Shown here one piece after another: positions 34,972-48,329 of a stretch of 64,000 nt of DNA. The position numbers and the translations under genes are program-made. This DNA is from Polymyxa betae A26-41 (taxonomy: Eukaryota; Protista; Endomyxa: Phytomyxea), in NCBI GenBank assembly GCA_003693705.1, contig RBZT01000546.1:1-64000 (forward strand), read 5' to 3'. The notes beneath the pieces were generated by a model. It saw nothing but the letters and a program-made list of their open reading frames with translations, was not told the origin of the DNA and made no database searches. The first letter of the stretch is position 1; every line of letters starts with the position of its first letter.

Positions 34972-36253
34972 TCATCTGATCGGAGGCATTAACGATTTCA
35001 GGTAGTCGATTCGGGCGACGATTTCGGCGCATTCCATCTCGGAATGGGCAGTATATTCTACAGGGATAATCTCATTCGCTTCCAGGTTCCTGAACAGGAT
35101 TCGGAAGCATCTGGGCTTGTTCTTGATAACCTTGACAGCGACGACATCGGAGATATGGCGACAGCTTCGTTTAACAGTTCCAGTAACCGAGGTATTATAC
35201 AGGTTATACCTATCAATACCCAGAAGACGGTATTGCTTACGTCCCCAGCGGTTCTTCTTCTGAACCGACCATTCTGAATAAGTAGAGGCGCTCTCATCCG
35301 TGAACATAAAGCTAGACGGGTTCGGAGAGCTGCCAAATGTCGTCGGTAGCACGATGTACTCTTGTGATTGCCTGCGAAGCTCGATGCAGTAATCGGTCAG
35401 TTCGCAGACAGCCATCTCGTAGTCGAGAGGTTCGCGATGGCCCATGTAGTAGAACGTGTATTCTTCCGGCGAGAGATTTTGGGCCCGTTTCCGAGCCAGA
35501 ATCTCTAAGACGTCTTTTAGGTTCTGATCGTCGACAATCGGAACGACGTGGCATTCGTTCTGGGGCATTCGGACCCGAAGAAAACGGCATAATGGCGAGT
35601 CCCAGGAATCGGCGCTGGCTGAAGCCGAACGCTTGTGGTGACATAATGCAACCCGATCGACGGCGAAAGATCTCATATCGACGTTGAAGTCGAGCGGAGG
35701 CAGGTCGAAGTCAGCCATGTAGTCGTCTTCATCGTCGAGAAGGCGCAGCTCGTAATCATAAGCGCGGCCTTTCAGCTGATACTTTTGCATAAGGAAGCCG
35801 ACGACCGCCTCGACCGTTGCTAGCGATGACGATAGCGACACACGAACCGATTCGGGATTCTCGAACATGACGACATTGATGTGATCTAAACCGCTGTTAG
35901 ACGAGCCGCTTTGTTGAAGGTCTTGTAGAGATTTCGTAAGCGACGACGACATCACAGGGGTTAGGGGGAGGATTGTGCATTTCTCAAATGCATCGTGAGT
36001 TAGGGGTATAATCGCTTCACCGATGCTAAAGCAATTGCTTATTAGAAAATAAATACAAACAGAAGTTAAAAAATTGGTACTCTGATTCGATGGAAGCTCG
36101 ACGAGTAGTGCCTCTGTAGCTATGGGACGGGTTGTCGATAAAGGAAGCCGGGCCGATCAGGTCGGAGCTGGTTCGAGTACTTTCCAAGAACGACCTGGGC
36201 ATGGCCAGCTGGAGCTGGTCGCCCTCCAGGAACTTGATCGGGATCCGGATCAT
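34972..36253 (-). CDS. SIN1: TORC2 subunit SIN1/Avo1/MAPKAP1 (CRIM, RBD, PH)
   Basis: CRIM YELRLLDDEDDYMADFDLPPLD...VALC; RBD-like LKDVLEILARKR..L.P.EY; PH YSEWSVQKKNRWGRKQYRLLGID...ECAEIVARI. The 5' exon is uncertain. Confidence 0.85.
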
Positions 36254-36885
36254 AGGCTCTGTCCCGACCACACGAAGGGCGACGGCTCCTTTGCAGAATG
36301 TGAATGATTAAACAGGAAAGGATGAAACAAGATACAAGTTTTAGTCAATATGTTTAATATAAAGGCAAAAAAAGGGGGGTGTAATTGGAGATAGAGTAGA
36401 AATCAACGCAAATACGACTTGACTTGTAAGACCCGTCGGTCCCCCGTCATGGCAAACCCTGTCGCTGTTTATCCGATGCCGGCTCTTGCCGGCCAAGGCC
36501 AACTTAGTGTATAGAATACGAATCCCGTTCGTCCATGTATGATCCAAGTAGTTTGGCAACCGACTGCATCGACCTGCTGCACAGATATCAGCCATGTGGT
36601 TTTTGATATCTCAATATGTTACAAATAAAGAGAGCTGTGTTTTTTGTCTTTCGACACATGTAGCACTTAATGTAGAAATTCTACTTCAGAGACTTCGCTA
36701 ACGATGAACTCAATTACAAGCAACGAACTATGTTGTTTGCTTATCAGCTCCTTCAAGCAAAATCGCCTAAGAATACGATCATGTTCTGAAAAACAGAAAA
36801 GACGTTAACTTTAACGGTCGGCAACAACTTATATATACAGTTTATTAATGCAATCTGCAATTAGATCCAGACAAGGGCGATCAAC

Positions 36886-39800
36886 TTAGCAGCATTTTAT
36901 TAACGAATCGGCAGTGGCAAAATAGACAGTTCGAAATCTGGATTCGACTGGACGCATCGAAACGCAGTCGAGCATAGACGGTTCCGATAATAGAATTCTA
37001 CGGCTCCAAATTGTACCATCCAGCTCCATGCAGTTGATCAGAAGGTCAAATTCCAATGGCGACAGGAAAGGAACCCTATTTACTAAAAATCCACGATAAG
37101 ATTGAAAAAAAAAACAGCAATGAGCATTTTTACCTAAGACGTCCCGTTCAGTTGCTGGCTTGTCGCACAAATAACTGATAATCATCCAATGCAGATTCCT
37201 GAGCAATTCTTCGTTAAGCTCGCCACTGAGCTGAACCCAGCTCCGTCGAGTAACATCGCCGATAACATAGATATCTTGGTAGTTCGCATGAACGAATCTC
37301 CGCTCCGAGAAACAGTCGACAATTACGATACGATCACAAGCCGTTAACCAACGAAGGCATTCAGCACCGGCGTCACCAGGAAACATGCTTGACAATGATT
37401 CTTGGTCGACGCCGCTAGCGCCACACGAAAGGGCAAAATTGCTAATCTCGTCTGACAGCGTCGATGATGGTAGTTCGAAAGCATCCACATCGTGGTGAAC
37501 AGTACAAACACAGCTGTCATACGCATCGACAACAGCGCTCATAACGAGATCGTCGAGCTCAAGAAGAATCGATCTGTCATCGGAATCGATCTTGCAGACG
37601 CCAGTGGATGCCAACGAGATGCTGATGGCAACGCATTCGGGTTTGCACGAGACTGCCGATGTCCGGACAAAGAACTGGCTGCGAAGCGAGTCGCGTAGAA
37701 CCAATGGATACACCGGGTGACGGTAATGGTCCCGCGCCTTCGCTGAGATCGTGAAGTGGCCGCGTGCAGCTTTGGACCCTGGCGTGTTCTTCCGAAGAAC
37801 AGCAAGGTGCGACGTGGACAGGATCTTGAACGCCCATTCTACTTCGTCATCGGTGAAGTCTTTGAGCGCCGCCTTTCCATCATCGGCGTTGTATAGATCA
37901 TCCGGCTGCAACAGGATCATCTTGATTGTCGTTAAAACGCAATTCAGCCTCGGCTCTTTAGAGAGCAGTATGATATCGTCTCTCTGTCGATCGGAACCAG
38001 CAGTGTAATTGCGCTTGGCAGCGTTGAAAAGCTCTTCGGTCCAGGACTCAGGAACCAGAGCAGGAGCTTCGGGTTCACTTTCGGCCGGAGTCGGCGGGAC
38101 GCTATCCGCTTTCCGTAAAGAGCGCCTGCGCAACGGCCGGACGGGCGTGGTCTTTTCTGCAACAGGTGATAGGGCAGGGTGGTCTTTGGCGAGATTGATG
38201 GGCTCGGAAGGAGGTTCGGGAGACAAACCTCGAAGATACAATCTCGTGCGCAGATCGTTTCGAATTCGTCTGCTAGGTGTCCCATCAATGTCCTTCACAT
38301 CGTCGGCCAGCGATGACCTACGTCTGCGTTTCTTCCGATTGGCTTCGAATGGAGTGTTCTCAGAACGATCGCGACGGCGCAAGACCGGGTCTGGGCGCCA
38401 ATGATCAGTTACATCAACGGTCTTGCAGAATTCACGAACGAATTCGAAGTGCAGCTGAGCCAAAAACCAAGCCGCCTTCCCAGTAGATGCGATGAACTGT
38501 TCGCAGGCCTCGTTCAAAGCCTCCTCCGTTTCGATGCGCTGGTCGTTATCAAGAGCTTCAAGCGCATCTTGTTTGTTATCTGGCAGATCATGGCCAGCGA
38601 ACCAATTGACTTCGGCGTAAAGCTCAGGGAAGAGGTTGGCAGGAAGTCGATCGAGCAGCTCGGTGTTGGCGGAAATCGAATCGTCAACGCCTTGCAGCGG
38701 AATTTTATCGCGATGTTCGGAGATGAACACTGCCTTGCAGTGCATTCGCAAATCAAACCAGAATTGATGGATAGAATCGAGACTGTCAAACACAGTGTCC
38801 GGAAATGAAACGAGCGAATCTGAATTGAGCGTAATTTGCCAGGTGGCCGGATGTGCAGCCGGCATCCAAATCCGTACCAGCCCAAGCCGTTGCAGAATCT
38901 CCAAGATATCTTGGACACGAAGCGACTGATATTGAATGCCGTCTAAGAGAGCAGACATAATCGCACCCTGTACAGCGACGGACTGATGACGAATCGGGAG
39001 CGACAAGAGCCGCTCGTTGCAGATGACATCGCGAGGAAGCGCCTCAAACGCACCGGCAATCATCAGGAACAAGGACAAAGGCATCGAGAGAAAAACATCG
39101 CAAAGATACCAATGACGAACATGCGGGCGTGACTCTGAAATAAAAAGATTAGAAAAGCACTTAAGTGGGGAACAATGATAAAGAGACTACCTAATGTGAT
39201 CGAAGCCAGATGCAAATGGAATAGCTTAGCACGAACCATCCTCATACGAACCTATGCCTTAATACATAAAAAATGGAAGCAGAATACCGAATAAACGTAC
39301 GAATCCACAAAGAACTGGGTAAGCGATTAGGTAGGAATCACTGCGAGCAGAGTGCGAGCAATTTGACTTCGATTTATCTTGGGCCTTGAGGTCGTATTCG
39401 GAGCGCGGATCGATTCGAGCGGCGTCGTCGATCTTAACCTCAGCCTCTTCGGGAAACGAAGCCAAGAACTCTGGGTCGACAGCCACCGTCACCGGCAACG
39501 TGAATTCATCATCATCTCCAGCGTGAATGCAACGCTGGACGATGTCGCCATCAGCTTCCAGCTGGTTGCACAATCGTGCGATGGATTTCAAAGCGCAAGA
39601 CGCCACGGACGCTATCTCACGATGGCGTACAATGTGACAAAGCATGTTGAGACTGACAGCTTTTCGAAAGGCGACAATGTCGCGAATCCATCGAAGTCGC
39701 CGCATAAAGAAGCTATCGACGATTTTACCATTGTCATCCTCCTCCTCTTCCGACCCATCCTCTTCCTCATCAACAATATCTTTGCTTCGGCTTTGCCTCC

Positions 39801-41215
39801 GACTTGAGCGTGACTCGACCTTGATCGTTCCGGTGGATGAATTTTGCAGCATGTTCGCCTTCCTGTATAGCCGGTAAACGAGTGAGGTCTTATGGCGATC
39901 TGCAACTTGCACGACGGCGTCATTGCCGGGCAGTCGGCTCAGCTCGCCGATGATTTTATGGCCGCGTCGCTGCATTAAACGTAGTTGACGAAAAAGCGTC
40001 AGTGAGAGAATACCAGATGAGCCAGAGGCATCAATTAGACGGTAGACCTGGGCGGACAGTGGCGTCATCAGGATGTCTAGCGGCAGAATGCGATCGGATT
40101 CGCGAGATATTAATGCATCCTCGATGGGAATGTCCGATGGGCCGGCGTCGTTTGAACCAACGATTCGGAAACCATGAGCGAATTGGCCAGGAAACGTTTC
40201 TAAGTAATCCCAGGCGACGCGATTTGTAGCGAAAAGACGTTCACGAACAGCAATCCAATCGAGATCATCAAGCAGCGATTGCCGCTCGGCGAACGAGCGC
40301 AGATCGGGCTCGGGGACAGTTTCGGGAGAGCGCTCGGTGAGGAATTGCAACAATCGTGGAACAACGGTGGTGTCGATGTGATGGCGACGGTCGATACATT
40401 GCTGCTGGATCACTGCCGGAGTGGAGGCGACGACCCAAGAGCGGGCAGGGAGCGGCAGTTGGATGAATCGGCGTAGGAACCAGCGCGGGTACGCCGTCGG
40501 CGGTGCATACTTCCCTAGAGGATTGTAAGACGACGACGAAGACGATTCAAATATAGAAATGAGCACTGTATCTTAATGGAGAACATTTTAGAGATGTCAC
40601 AGTCAACAGCACGGCGCATATATTTTGTTACCGATATAATGATTTGAAAGGATATCTTCAAGTCAAAAAAGAATAAAACAGGCAAAAATGACGCACAAAA
40701 CATAACAGAAAAGGGAGTGGAGACTGAGTTATAAACCGACCAATTCGAGGCGTGGCGCTGAACGAGTTCAGGCGAACGATGAGATTATGGCTGAGTAGCG
40801 ATTTACAGTGCCTGAAGAACTCCTTGTGCGGAATCGGATCGTTCTTCAAGAATGAATCGATCTCAGCCCGAGTGCAGCCGGCCGCCTGCCCACTGCCGAT
40901 CGCCTCTAGCAGAGTTATCTGAATGGCCGATAGGAAATAACCGCGCTGATGAACGCCCAGGTAGACTTCGCGCTGCATCTTGGAGGCGACCACTCGAACT
41001 TTCTCGTCCTCTGCGACCTCATCATATCGGACGTTATCTGATAGCTCCAGAGCGTCGTTGTTTCTTCGAAAACTGACGCCCGACGTTCGAAGTAGCTGCT
41101 CCCAAAGCCAATTACGAATATCGGGGTCCAGGCCAGGACGTGCGTCGAATAGGTTGCGGATAGGCACGCCGCGACGACCAGCGGCGCAGACAGAGACCAG
41201 CAACGATTCCGGCAT
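36886..41215 (-). CDS. TFIIIC B-block-binding subunit (GTF3C1/Tfc3-like)
   Basis: V.AAG..G; W..LL; VRVVAS; LS..Q..LLEAIG....G; PLSAQVYRLIDASGSSG; RAKLFHLHL; MPLSLFLMIAG. A long multi-winged-helix layout. Confidence 0.75.
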
Positions 41216-41775
41216 GGCGCCCAGGCGTCCACCTGATCTGGCGGAGCGCCGAAAAAAACTGGACCGAAATGCGAATCGAACCGCGGATGTGAGGCGGGAA
41301 TGGAAGATGCTCTCACGGACTTCGTTGGTGTTGAACGTCGTTGAAGAATAAATCCTATGGAGCTGACAGGTAACTCTAGGTGAAAAATGTTTTGATGAAG
41401 ACGATGACAAACGGCTCAAGGTATTGAAATGACGAATCTAAACCTGCTATTTGTCAAAGAGATGATATGGTCATGAAGGCTGCAATCATTATCGGTTTGC
41501 TGAATCCTGACTTCGAACAATCACGTTTTCGCGCTCCCATCAGGCTGTGTAAAGCAGAACCATACAGCAATACTTCGAGAAGTTCGAGTTTGCCTGTGAT
41601 GCTATCCAAGAAGAAAGTGCATTGAGGTCGCATTATCGCCAATACACCGCATACAAAGTGTGATTTCATTATACGATAGGTTGAGTTTGAAGAACCGGAT
41701 CCATTACGAGCCAAGCTCTTGCGAAATGAGCATAACATGGACTGGGCCCCAGACAACAGCAGAAGTCGACGGCCT

Positions 41776-42638
41776 TCAGATCGCAACATCGTCAAGCTTG
41801 AGGACGAACTGGACATAGCGCCGCATCTCATCGAAATCGACAGAGGCCGCCTGTGGCGCCGCCACCCGGGCTGGAATCAGGAAGCAGCGGCCGTTGATGA
41901 TCTCGGTCCGGTGCCCAGGAAACCAGGCAGATAAATCGTCGCTCGGGGCCGGTACGCCTGCAAACGAATTTTAGGGGCCGTCGCGAGGGGTCTGCGGGAA
42001 CGATCCCGAATACGGACCGATCAGCTTGCAGACCTGGTCGATCTCGATACACGAGTAGGCCCGCGATATCAGTCTGCAGGCGCGCTCACGAACCGCCTCT
42101 GCAACAACATAGTTAAAACCGAGAAATGCAGCGAAAAATGGCCATGAAAGATTTGAACGTAAAAAGAACAAAAAAAAATCATTGAGAGAACAAGGAGGAA
42201 GGCACCAACTTCGAAGAGCGTCGACAAAACCGCAGAGCTCCTCGTCCCAGATCATGGCATCGATCAGATCCCAGAACTACATTCAGCAGATCAGTGAGAG
42301 CAGCGACAAACCGAAAACGCCGAGCCGAACCTGGGCGAAGTCGCGACGCAGCATGGCCATCATGAGATGGCGGCATTGCTGCAGAACCTGGTTCTGTTGC
42401 AGCGCAGGCGGTGTCCTCACCCACATCATCTTGAACGCCATCACGTCGTACTGGATCAGGCACTGGAACCCGTGCGCGATATACGCCCAGAGCCGGGTGG
42501 CGTCCGGCACCTGGAACCGCTCAGCAACGACGACGACGAGCGTGACGAACAACCGACATTGGGGCTGAGCTGGACGGCGATCAGGTCGGTGTCGACAGGG
42601 TCCGGCGCCGCTGGTGGCGCGTCCTGAGATTGCGACAT
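41776..42638 (-). CDS. COPS8: COP9 signalosome subunit 8 (CSN8/PSMD8/eIF3K family), multi-exon
   Basis: Spliced segments D....K.MWVRTP...RDFAQV; W.E....FVDALR; EAVRERACRLISRAYSCI; C-terminus DEMRRYVQFVLKLD*. Confidence 0.75.
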
Positions 42639-42797
42639 AGAGCGACGAAGGAATGTATCGGAGTTTGAATCCGAATGCCGGAAATCGTCAAGAGGGCAAT
42701 TAATGAGCGTCGTCTCAATGATAGATAGGCTTATAGGGCTTTCAATGGTTTAATAAATCAATAAAAACATGTGTGAGATGAAGAGGGTGGATGGGTC

Positions 42798-44993
42798 TCA
42801 GAAACGCCATAACGGGGCCTGATCATCAGCCTCATCAGGTCCGATATCAACCAGCAGAGCAGCTTCCGAACCAGACGCCCTGACGATCGGTTCCGGCTCC
42901 TTTCTCTTGACGCCGACCAATCTCTGCTCGTCACGACAGTCGCTAACCGCAAGCCTCGAGCAGACATCTGGGACCATAATACCCAAATCGAGCTGGTCTC
43001 GTCGTTCATCTGGAACGCACAGCGGCGGTTTGGACACGTCCTTCATCGGTTCAGGGGTTGATTTGGGGTTTGGATTAGGGTCTAGGGTTCTAGGGTTTGC
43101 TGGATCGGTAACTTCGGGGACGTTCTCGATGTTGATGACAGAATAATCGACAGCCTCAACCTGCGGTGAAACAAAACCATCCAGCGATACAACAGCCGTA
43201 CTGGCCGCGGGCCGATCGTCGGTGACCGTACTACAGCCTTGCGGGGTGCTGTCGCAGCTCATCTCGACGTTCAGGATAGATTCCACCTGGACTCGTTGAT
43301 GGACAGCGACGGGGACGGCGGGAGCCGCCAAATGCTGAACGAAAGCCAGGCCCTGACAGCAGACGTCGGCGTCGCGGCCGAACTGGCCAGAAGCGAAGAT
43401 TCGCCCTGCCTGGCGCAGGAGCGCGAGATCCGGGGCCTGGCGGTACCGGGCCGATAACAGCTCCCGAAAGCACAAGAACAGGCGACGTCGGTCGCGGATT
43501 AAGCATGGCGATGTGACAGCTGTGTTGAGGGCGGTTGTGATGGCCTGCAGGGTGTCGTGCGGTAAACGATCGCCGACATGTTGTAGGGCAGAGATGATGA
43601 AGTCAATGTATGGGGCGATGGGGTGGGCGGATGGGGTCCTGCAGACCTCATCTGTCACTGACAGGCTGCGCTTCTTGCCTCTTTGGATCGCGTTGTCGAC
43701 GACGATGGCGGCAGGCATTATGCAGGCCTCCTGAATGGCGTGGCAGGCGACCCTGAGCGATGGAATGATAACCGGATCCAGAATAGCGGTGCCGAGGGCG
43801 GCGGTGGCGGCCGGCATGGCGATCAGGACGCGCTCCAAGGGCAGCGCTGAAAGCATATCGCCAATCATGACGCCAAAAGGCACAAGTCGACGATAGAGAC
43901 GGCGGCATAAACTCGCTAAAATCGTGAGCATCTCAGCCTGTAGAGACGGTAGCGACGAAAACAGATTCAGGCACGAGATCGGGTGCGATGTTATCGTCCC
44001 AAGCATTGCAGACGGAACATGGAGGTGCATCACCCGGGCCAACGTCTGCAAGACGTTTTCGATTGGAATGGAGACCGCAGCGGTGTCATCGTCCAGTACG
44101 GCCCGGATGATATCGCATAAGAATCGCCATCGCTTCAAGGCGTCAACAATAGGGACCGCACCGAATTGCAGCGGCGTTGTGAAAGGGGCGTCGTCTTCGA
44201 CGACTTTGGTGTCGTTGGAAAGCGATTGGAGGAGATAACGGTCGAGAAGGCGATCTAACCCGCCAACATAGTCAAAGAGGTTGACGGCGGGAGAGCATAA
44301 CGACGTGACGGTGGCGACAGCTCTGGCCGCCGCTGTGCGGACATCGTCGTCGTCATGATCGGCGTAGGCGAAAGCGTAGGCGAGCATCTTGGAGGAATGC
44401 TGTCGAATGGCTTTATGTAGGGCCGAGCTGAGCTTGGTGATGACGTCCAGGCTGACGAGCGCCAATGATGGGTCGGCGACAGTCGTCGTCGTCGTCAATT
44501 GCGAGATGAATGGCGAAACCTGCTGCATGACGACGTCGATGCGTATGTTTCCGGCGTCAGCGGCCGCGACGCATACCGTGCTGAAAGCCTGGAGCACGGC
44601 GATACGACAAGCGTTGTTGGTCGCAGACAGCCTCGCAAGCGCTGTTAGCCATTCACTGGAATCGGTGATGATGGAATCTGGGCACGAAGCAACAGTTTCA
44701 GCGAGATAGAGGGACGCCGCCCACCAACCCAATTCTATCGAGCTATTGTGCCTGTTCACATCGCTGCTGAGATCGATCGTATCTTCCGAATGCGACTTGT
44801 TGTGGCGGCATTGCAACAGAGCTTTTAGTCGTTGCAGCCATTTCGTGAATTCGGGCTGGCCTTTAAAGGTTGTGAGGATGTTGTGATTACGAAGCAGAGA
44901 GATGTGATAGGCGGGATGCTGACATAGAAGCAGATCGGGCTGGGTCAAGATCAGGACAAGAACCTGACGGCATGACTGTATTTGGTCCTGCAT
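42798..44993 (-). CDS. PELP1/Rix1-like pre-rRNA processing protein (HEAT-like N-terminus, Pro/acidic tail)
   Basis: Intronless GC-rich ORF of about 730 aa; KWLQRLKALLQ; VSIPIENVL..L.R; LPSLQAEMLTIL..L. Confidence 0.55.
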   Translation of the reverse strand: MQDQIQSCRQVLVLILTQPDLLLCQHPAYHISLLRNHNILTTFKGQPEFTKWLQRLKALLQCRHNKSHSEDTIDLSSDVNRHNSSIELGWWAASLYLAETVASCPDSIITDSSEWLTALARLSATNNACRIAVLQAFSTVCVAAADAGNIRIDVVMQQVSPFISQLTTTTTVADPSLALVSLDVITKLSSALHKAIRQHSSKMLAYAFAYADHDDDDVRTAAARAVATVTSLCSPAVNLFDYVGGLDRLLDRYLLQSLSNDTKVVEDDAPFTTPLQFGAVPIVDALKRWRFLCDIIRAVLDDDTAAVSIPIENVLQTLARVMHLHVPSAMLGTITSHPISCLNLFSSLPSLQAEMLTILASLCRRLYRRLVPFGVMIGDMLSALPLERVLIAMPAATAALGTAILDPVIIPSLRVACHAIQEACIMPAAIVVDNAIQRGKKRSLSVTDEVCRTPSAHPIAPYIDFIISALQHVGDRLPHDTLQAITTALNTAVTSPCLIRDRRRLFLCFRELLSARYRQAPDLALLRQAGRIFASGQFGRDADVCCQGLAFVQHLAAPAVPVAVHQRVQVESILNVEMSCDSTPQGCSTVTDDRPAASTAVVSLDGFVSPQVEAVDYSVINIENVPEVTDPANPRTLDPNPNPKSTPEPMKDVSKPPLCVPDERRDQLDLGIMVPDVCSRLAVSDCRDEQRLVGVKRKEPEPIVRASGSEAALLVDIGPDEADDQAPLWRF

Positions 44994-45508
44994 GATAGAA
45001 TAAACCACGAACGGCAACGCCTTGCTGGAAGCCGCCCAGGCCTGAGGTAAAAATTGCAGCGATTCGCTCCGAAGCGGACACCGAACGAAATTGCGCTCGC
45101 AGTTTTGTTCGGTGCGCGCATTTTTGCTTCGCTTCCTGTTAAATATGACGGCAAAATCAGAAATAAGAAAAATTGGATTTTATTCGATCGTTCGTCATCA
45201 AGATCATAACTGTTAAGGGCCATACGACCAGATTTGAACAAAACGGGTTAATGCAAATAGCATACAAACATTACTATGCATATTGCGGTGTGAAATTGTT
45301 ATTCGGCGCTGATTGAGTCGATTCTCGAACGTTTACTGGCTGTATGTCTTTCTGGGCATCACTTGGGACCGGGACAATCTTAAATACTGCATGATTGGGT
45401 AAGCTGGCACCAGAACAGAGAAATTGATGTGATGAGGCGTTGAGTCAACAGACCCGGCCATTTCTCCGATCTTCATCGTATTGTACATCACATCTGTAAC
45501 TTATCATC

Positions 45509-45826
45509 ATGTCCATGAACGATCACGATAATCAACTCGGCTGGCACGATTCCTACGACGGCTACAGCAACGTGCCGCCACCGCCTCCCGACCCGGAGGA
45601 CACTGAACAGCCAGCGTCTTCACGTTCGGCCGACTTAGCAAAACTTGGAGCTGCAGCTGTCGGCGGTGCAGTCGTGGCTTTAACCTTACCGACGATTGTA
45701 TTGGTCGGTGGTGCCGTCGCTGCAGGCACATACGCCGCCAAGAGCGAAAAGGTCGGCAAGATGCTCACCGATGCCAAAAGATCCATCGTGAAGAACATGA
45801 CCAAACTCCCTTTCAGCCGAAAATAA
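45509..45826 (+). CDS. Small hypothetical protein with a Gly/Ala-rich hydrophobic hairpin
   Basis: 105-aa ORF; PPPPP followed by LGAAAVGGAVVALTLPTIVLVGGAVAAGTYAA. Confidence 0.7.
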   Translation: MSMNDHDNQLGWHDSYDGYSNVPPPPPDPEDTEQPASSRSADLAKLGAAAVGGAVVALTLPTIVLVGGAVAAGTYAAKSEKVGKMLTDAKRSIVKNMTKLPFSRK

Positions 45827-45881
45827 AAACTTTTCCATTTAATAAATATCATCGTAAAGGCAATAAACCAATTCGGGACTA

Positions 45882-46888
45882 TCACCTTCTTCTCGCACCT
45901 TGCTTCGACTTGAATGAAAACTTCAGGGCGGGTCTGGATTCGGCAGCGTCTAAGGCGCTTTTGTTACCAGCGGCAGCATTGCTGTTTGCTTTAGCTTCCG
46001 CTTCAGCAGCTTTAATTCGTTGCTGCAAAAGCTTGTCTTCATTATTGCTGATTTTTGTTGCCGATGAAGGCAGGAGACGATCCTTTCTCATCTCAGCGAA
46101 CCTCTTACATTGAAATATATCAATAAGCATGAGGGCAGACATAATATCACCGACCTTGCGATGATTATGATCATAGCTATCCAGATGCCCTTGATATTCT
46201 ATAGCTTTCGTATACTGCTTGTTACATAGAGAGCAATACAAATTCTTGATATTCTCAGCAGCTTCCTGCTCCTGTCTGACCTTCGCTTCCATTCGAGCGA
46301 CGCGTTCGCTGGCTTCCTCAGGGGTCTCGTTAACCTCGTGTTCCGATTGTAAGCGTCGCCTTTCCGAGGTGACTTTCTTGGAGATTTCACGATCGTGCGA
46401 TTCGGCTCCCAAACCGAGTACTTCGCTTTTTGCGTCGATTCGTAATGGATCGATAATGCCTGGCAGCACGAAATAATTCCAGGCCAATGAAAGGCAGTGC
46501 CGCAATGCACCAGACTAGATCGCGAGGATACCTTGTTTGGATCTACCCAGACCAGTACCCGATTTCCATCCCATCTTCCGAAGAAGCTGGAAGCCGCGAT
46601 TATGCTCAGGAATGGGGTCATCCATGGTAGCAACCTCGGTATTGGAGAGGTCAAGATCCTCGGTTATTGGTGTGTTGATCGGCATAGCTTTCTCTTCTTC
46701 AGACAGAAGAGAGAACTCGATTGCTTTCCTCGCCTATTGCTCCGGAGTCACAGCGAGCTGGCCAACACCCACCCACTTACATTGATCTGTGAAATGGAGT
46801 TATGTTCGCCGAATCTGCTGGCTAAGGCAGCAAGACCGCCCCGGACCTGACGCCAGGATTGAGCATGGGACCCTCTGAACTCCTCCAT
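45882..46888 (-). CDS. G-patch + C2H2 zinc-finger protein (GPATCH8 N-terminus-like)
   Basis: NRGFQLLRKMGWKSGTGLGRSKQG|IIDP...LGLG; YCSLCNKQY....EY.GHLDSYDHNHRK|RF.EM. Confidence 0.88.
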
Positions 46889-48285
46889 TCACAGTTCGGA
46901 GCGACCGAAACTGTCTTGCAGAACGACGCAGTCAATGAGACTACCTATATAGCCTATGAGAGCATGCGTAGGCCGCGCCGTCTTGATTGGAAGCATAAGG
47001 CCATCGACCAGCAAACCCGCAATCAAGACAAAGAGACGCCCGTCTTTACTTTTGAGAATTGCGATCAAGATTTAAGAGGGGTTTATCATACAAAACCTGG
47101 ATTGATGCAACTGCATACAAATTCCAGGTTTCAACCATGGATTGTTTTCCGGCGACCGATGTTTAAACGTTTCTCATCGTGGCTGAACGCCGTGAGGTAC
47201 ATGTGCGAGATCGGTACGAGGCGCATCCAGGAACTCCATCAGTGACGATAAAGTCGCCAGATTCGTTGTAATCCCCTCAGCTTGATAACACTGACGTAGC
47301 ATCGTCAATTTGCAATCAGCTAGAAAGAGCTCCTTTGAACGTTACAGGTAAACCAATTGCGAATGAAAGAAACACAGATCCAGAATGATAACTCCATCTT
47401 GTAGCCTCGATTGCTGATCACCAACATGGCAACCGGCCAGGGTAACGTGATGGCGTAGCAATGTCACAAGTCGAGTATCATATCAGTTCCAAGTATGTTA
47501 GAGTTTGAAACGTAATGAGGATTTGATCGGCGCCAGAGATGTAACATGATCACATGAGACTCAGGCAGTAGTGATCAATCAATCTTCATCCGATTCGAAC
47601 AATTCTCAAGGCCTAAAGGCGACGGTCACGACGCCGTCCATCGACATCACAGCACCAGCTTTATCACAACTATTGACAGGTTGGCGATTTGTAACTGTGC
47701 CATGATGGTTAATATGGATACAGGATGGATAGTCTTTCTTCTCGCGTATTGTCGCCAAAAGCGTATAACTAGAACTGGACAGGGCATCCAACATGGCGAA
47801 AAGAGAGCAGGGCGTTCTGATGGTGGATTCAAGCCGAATTATACAAAGAAAGAAAGACTGAAATGGAAGCGATCAGCTGCTCTTGAGACCGTGATTGAGA
47901 AGTCGGTGCAAGTCAGACTATCAACGAGTTAATTCAGTAAACGCAAGACCTGTACTTTTCTAATCGCGCTCCTCTTCGTCTGTTCGTCTTGATCCATTCC
48001 AGGTCTTTTCTTAACGCAGAGACATACTGCCCAGTTGAATCGTATTTCTAATCTTTATCTTCGAGCAATGGTTATAAAGCGAGCATCGAATCAGCCGCTG
48101 ATTGATGTTGATCGTAATCTGATACAGAAATAACGACCATCTCAGGGGTTCCCAGATCTATTCTACTCCTTTATGGCCAATGACAGACGGCAAATCTGAT
48201 GTAAACGTTGTTGTAGAGGCAGACAATATGCCACTATTACTCATTCAGATTCTGGTATCAGTCGGACCTGTTGTGAGTGAGTTCA

Positions 48286-48329
48286 TCTCTCTGTCTCTCT
48301 CTCTCTCTGTCTACACGCACACACACACA
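48286..48329. repeat. Compound (CT)n(CA)n microsatellite
   Basis: tctctctgtctctctctctctctgtctacacgcacacacacaca. Confidence 0.9.

Noticed and set aside
41545-41630. In-frame TGA in a Cys context (VCL*CYP), possible selenoprotein
   Set aside because: No convincing family match, start codon or SECIS. The region lies between the CSN8 3' end and the TFIIIC start.
43062-43100. Telomere-like G-rich runs (ttaggg/ctaggg)
   Set aside because: Irregular, and explained by coding for DPANPRTLDPNPNP on the minus strand.
45426-45494. 9-bp inverted repeat GATGTGATG/CATCACATC containing a box-C-like GTGATGA
   Set aside because: No box D (CTGA) at the 3' end, and a single 9-bp stem can arise by chance.
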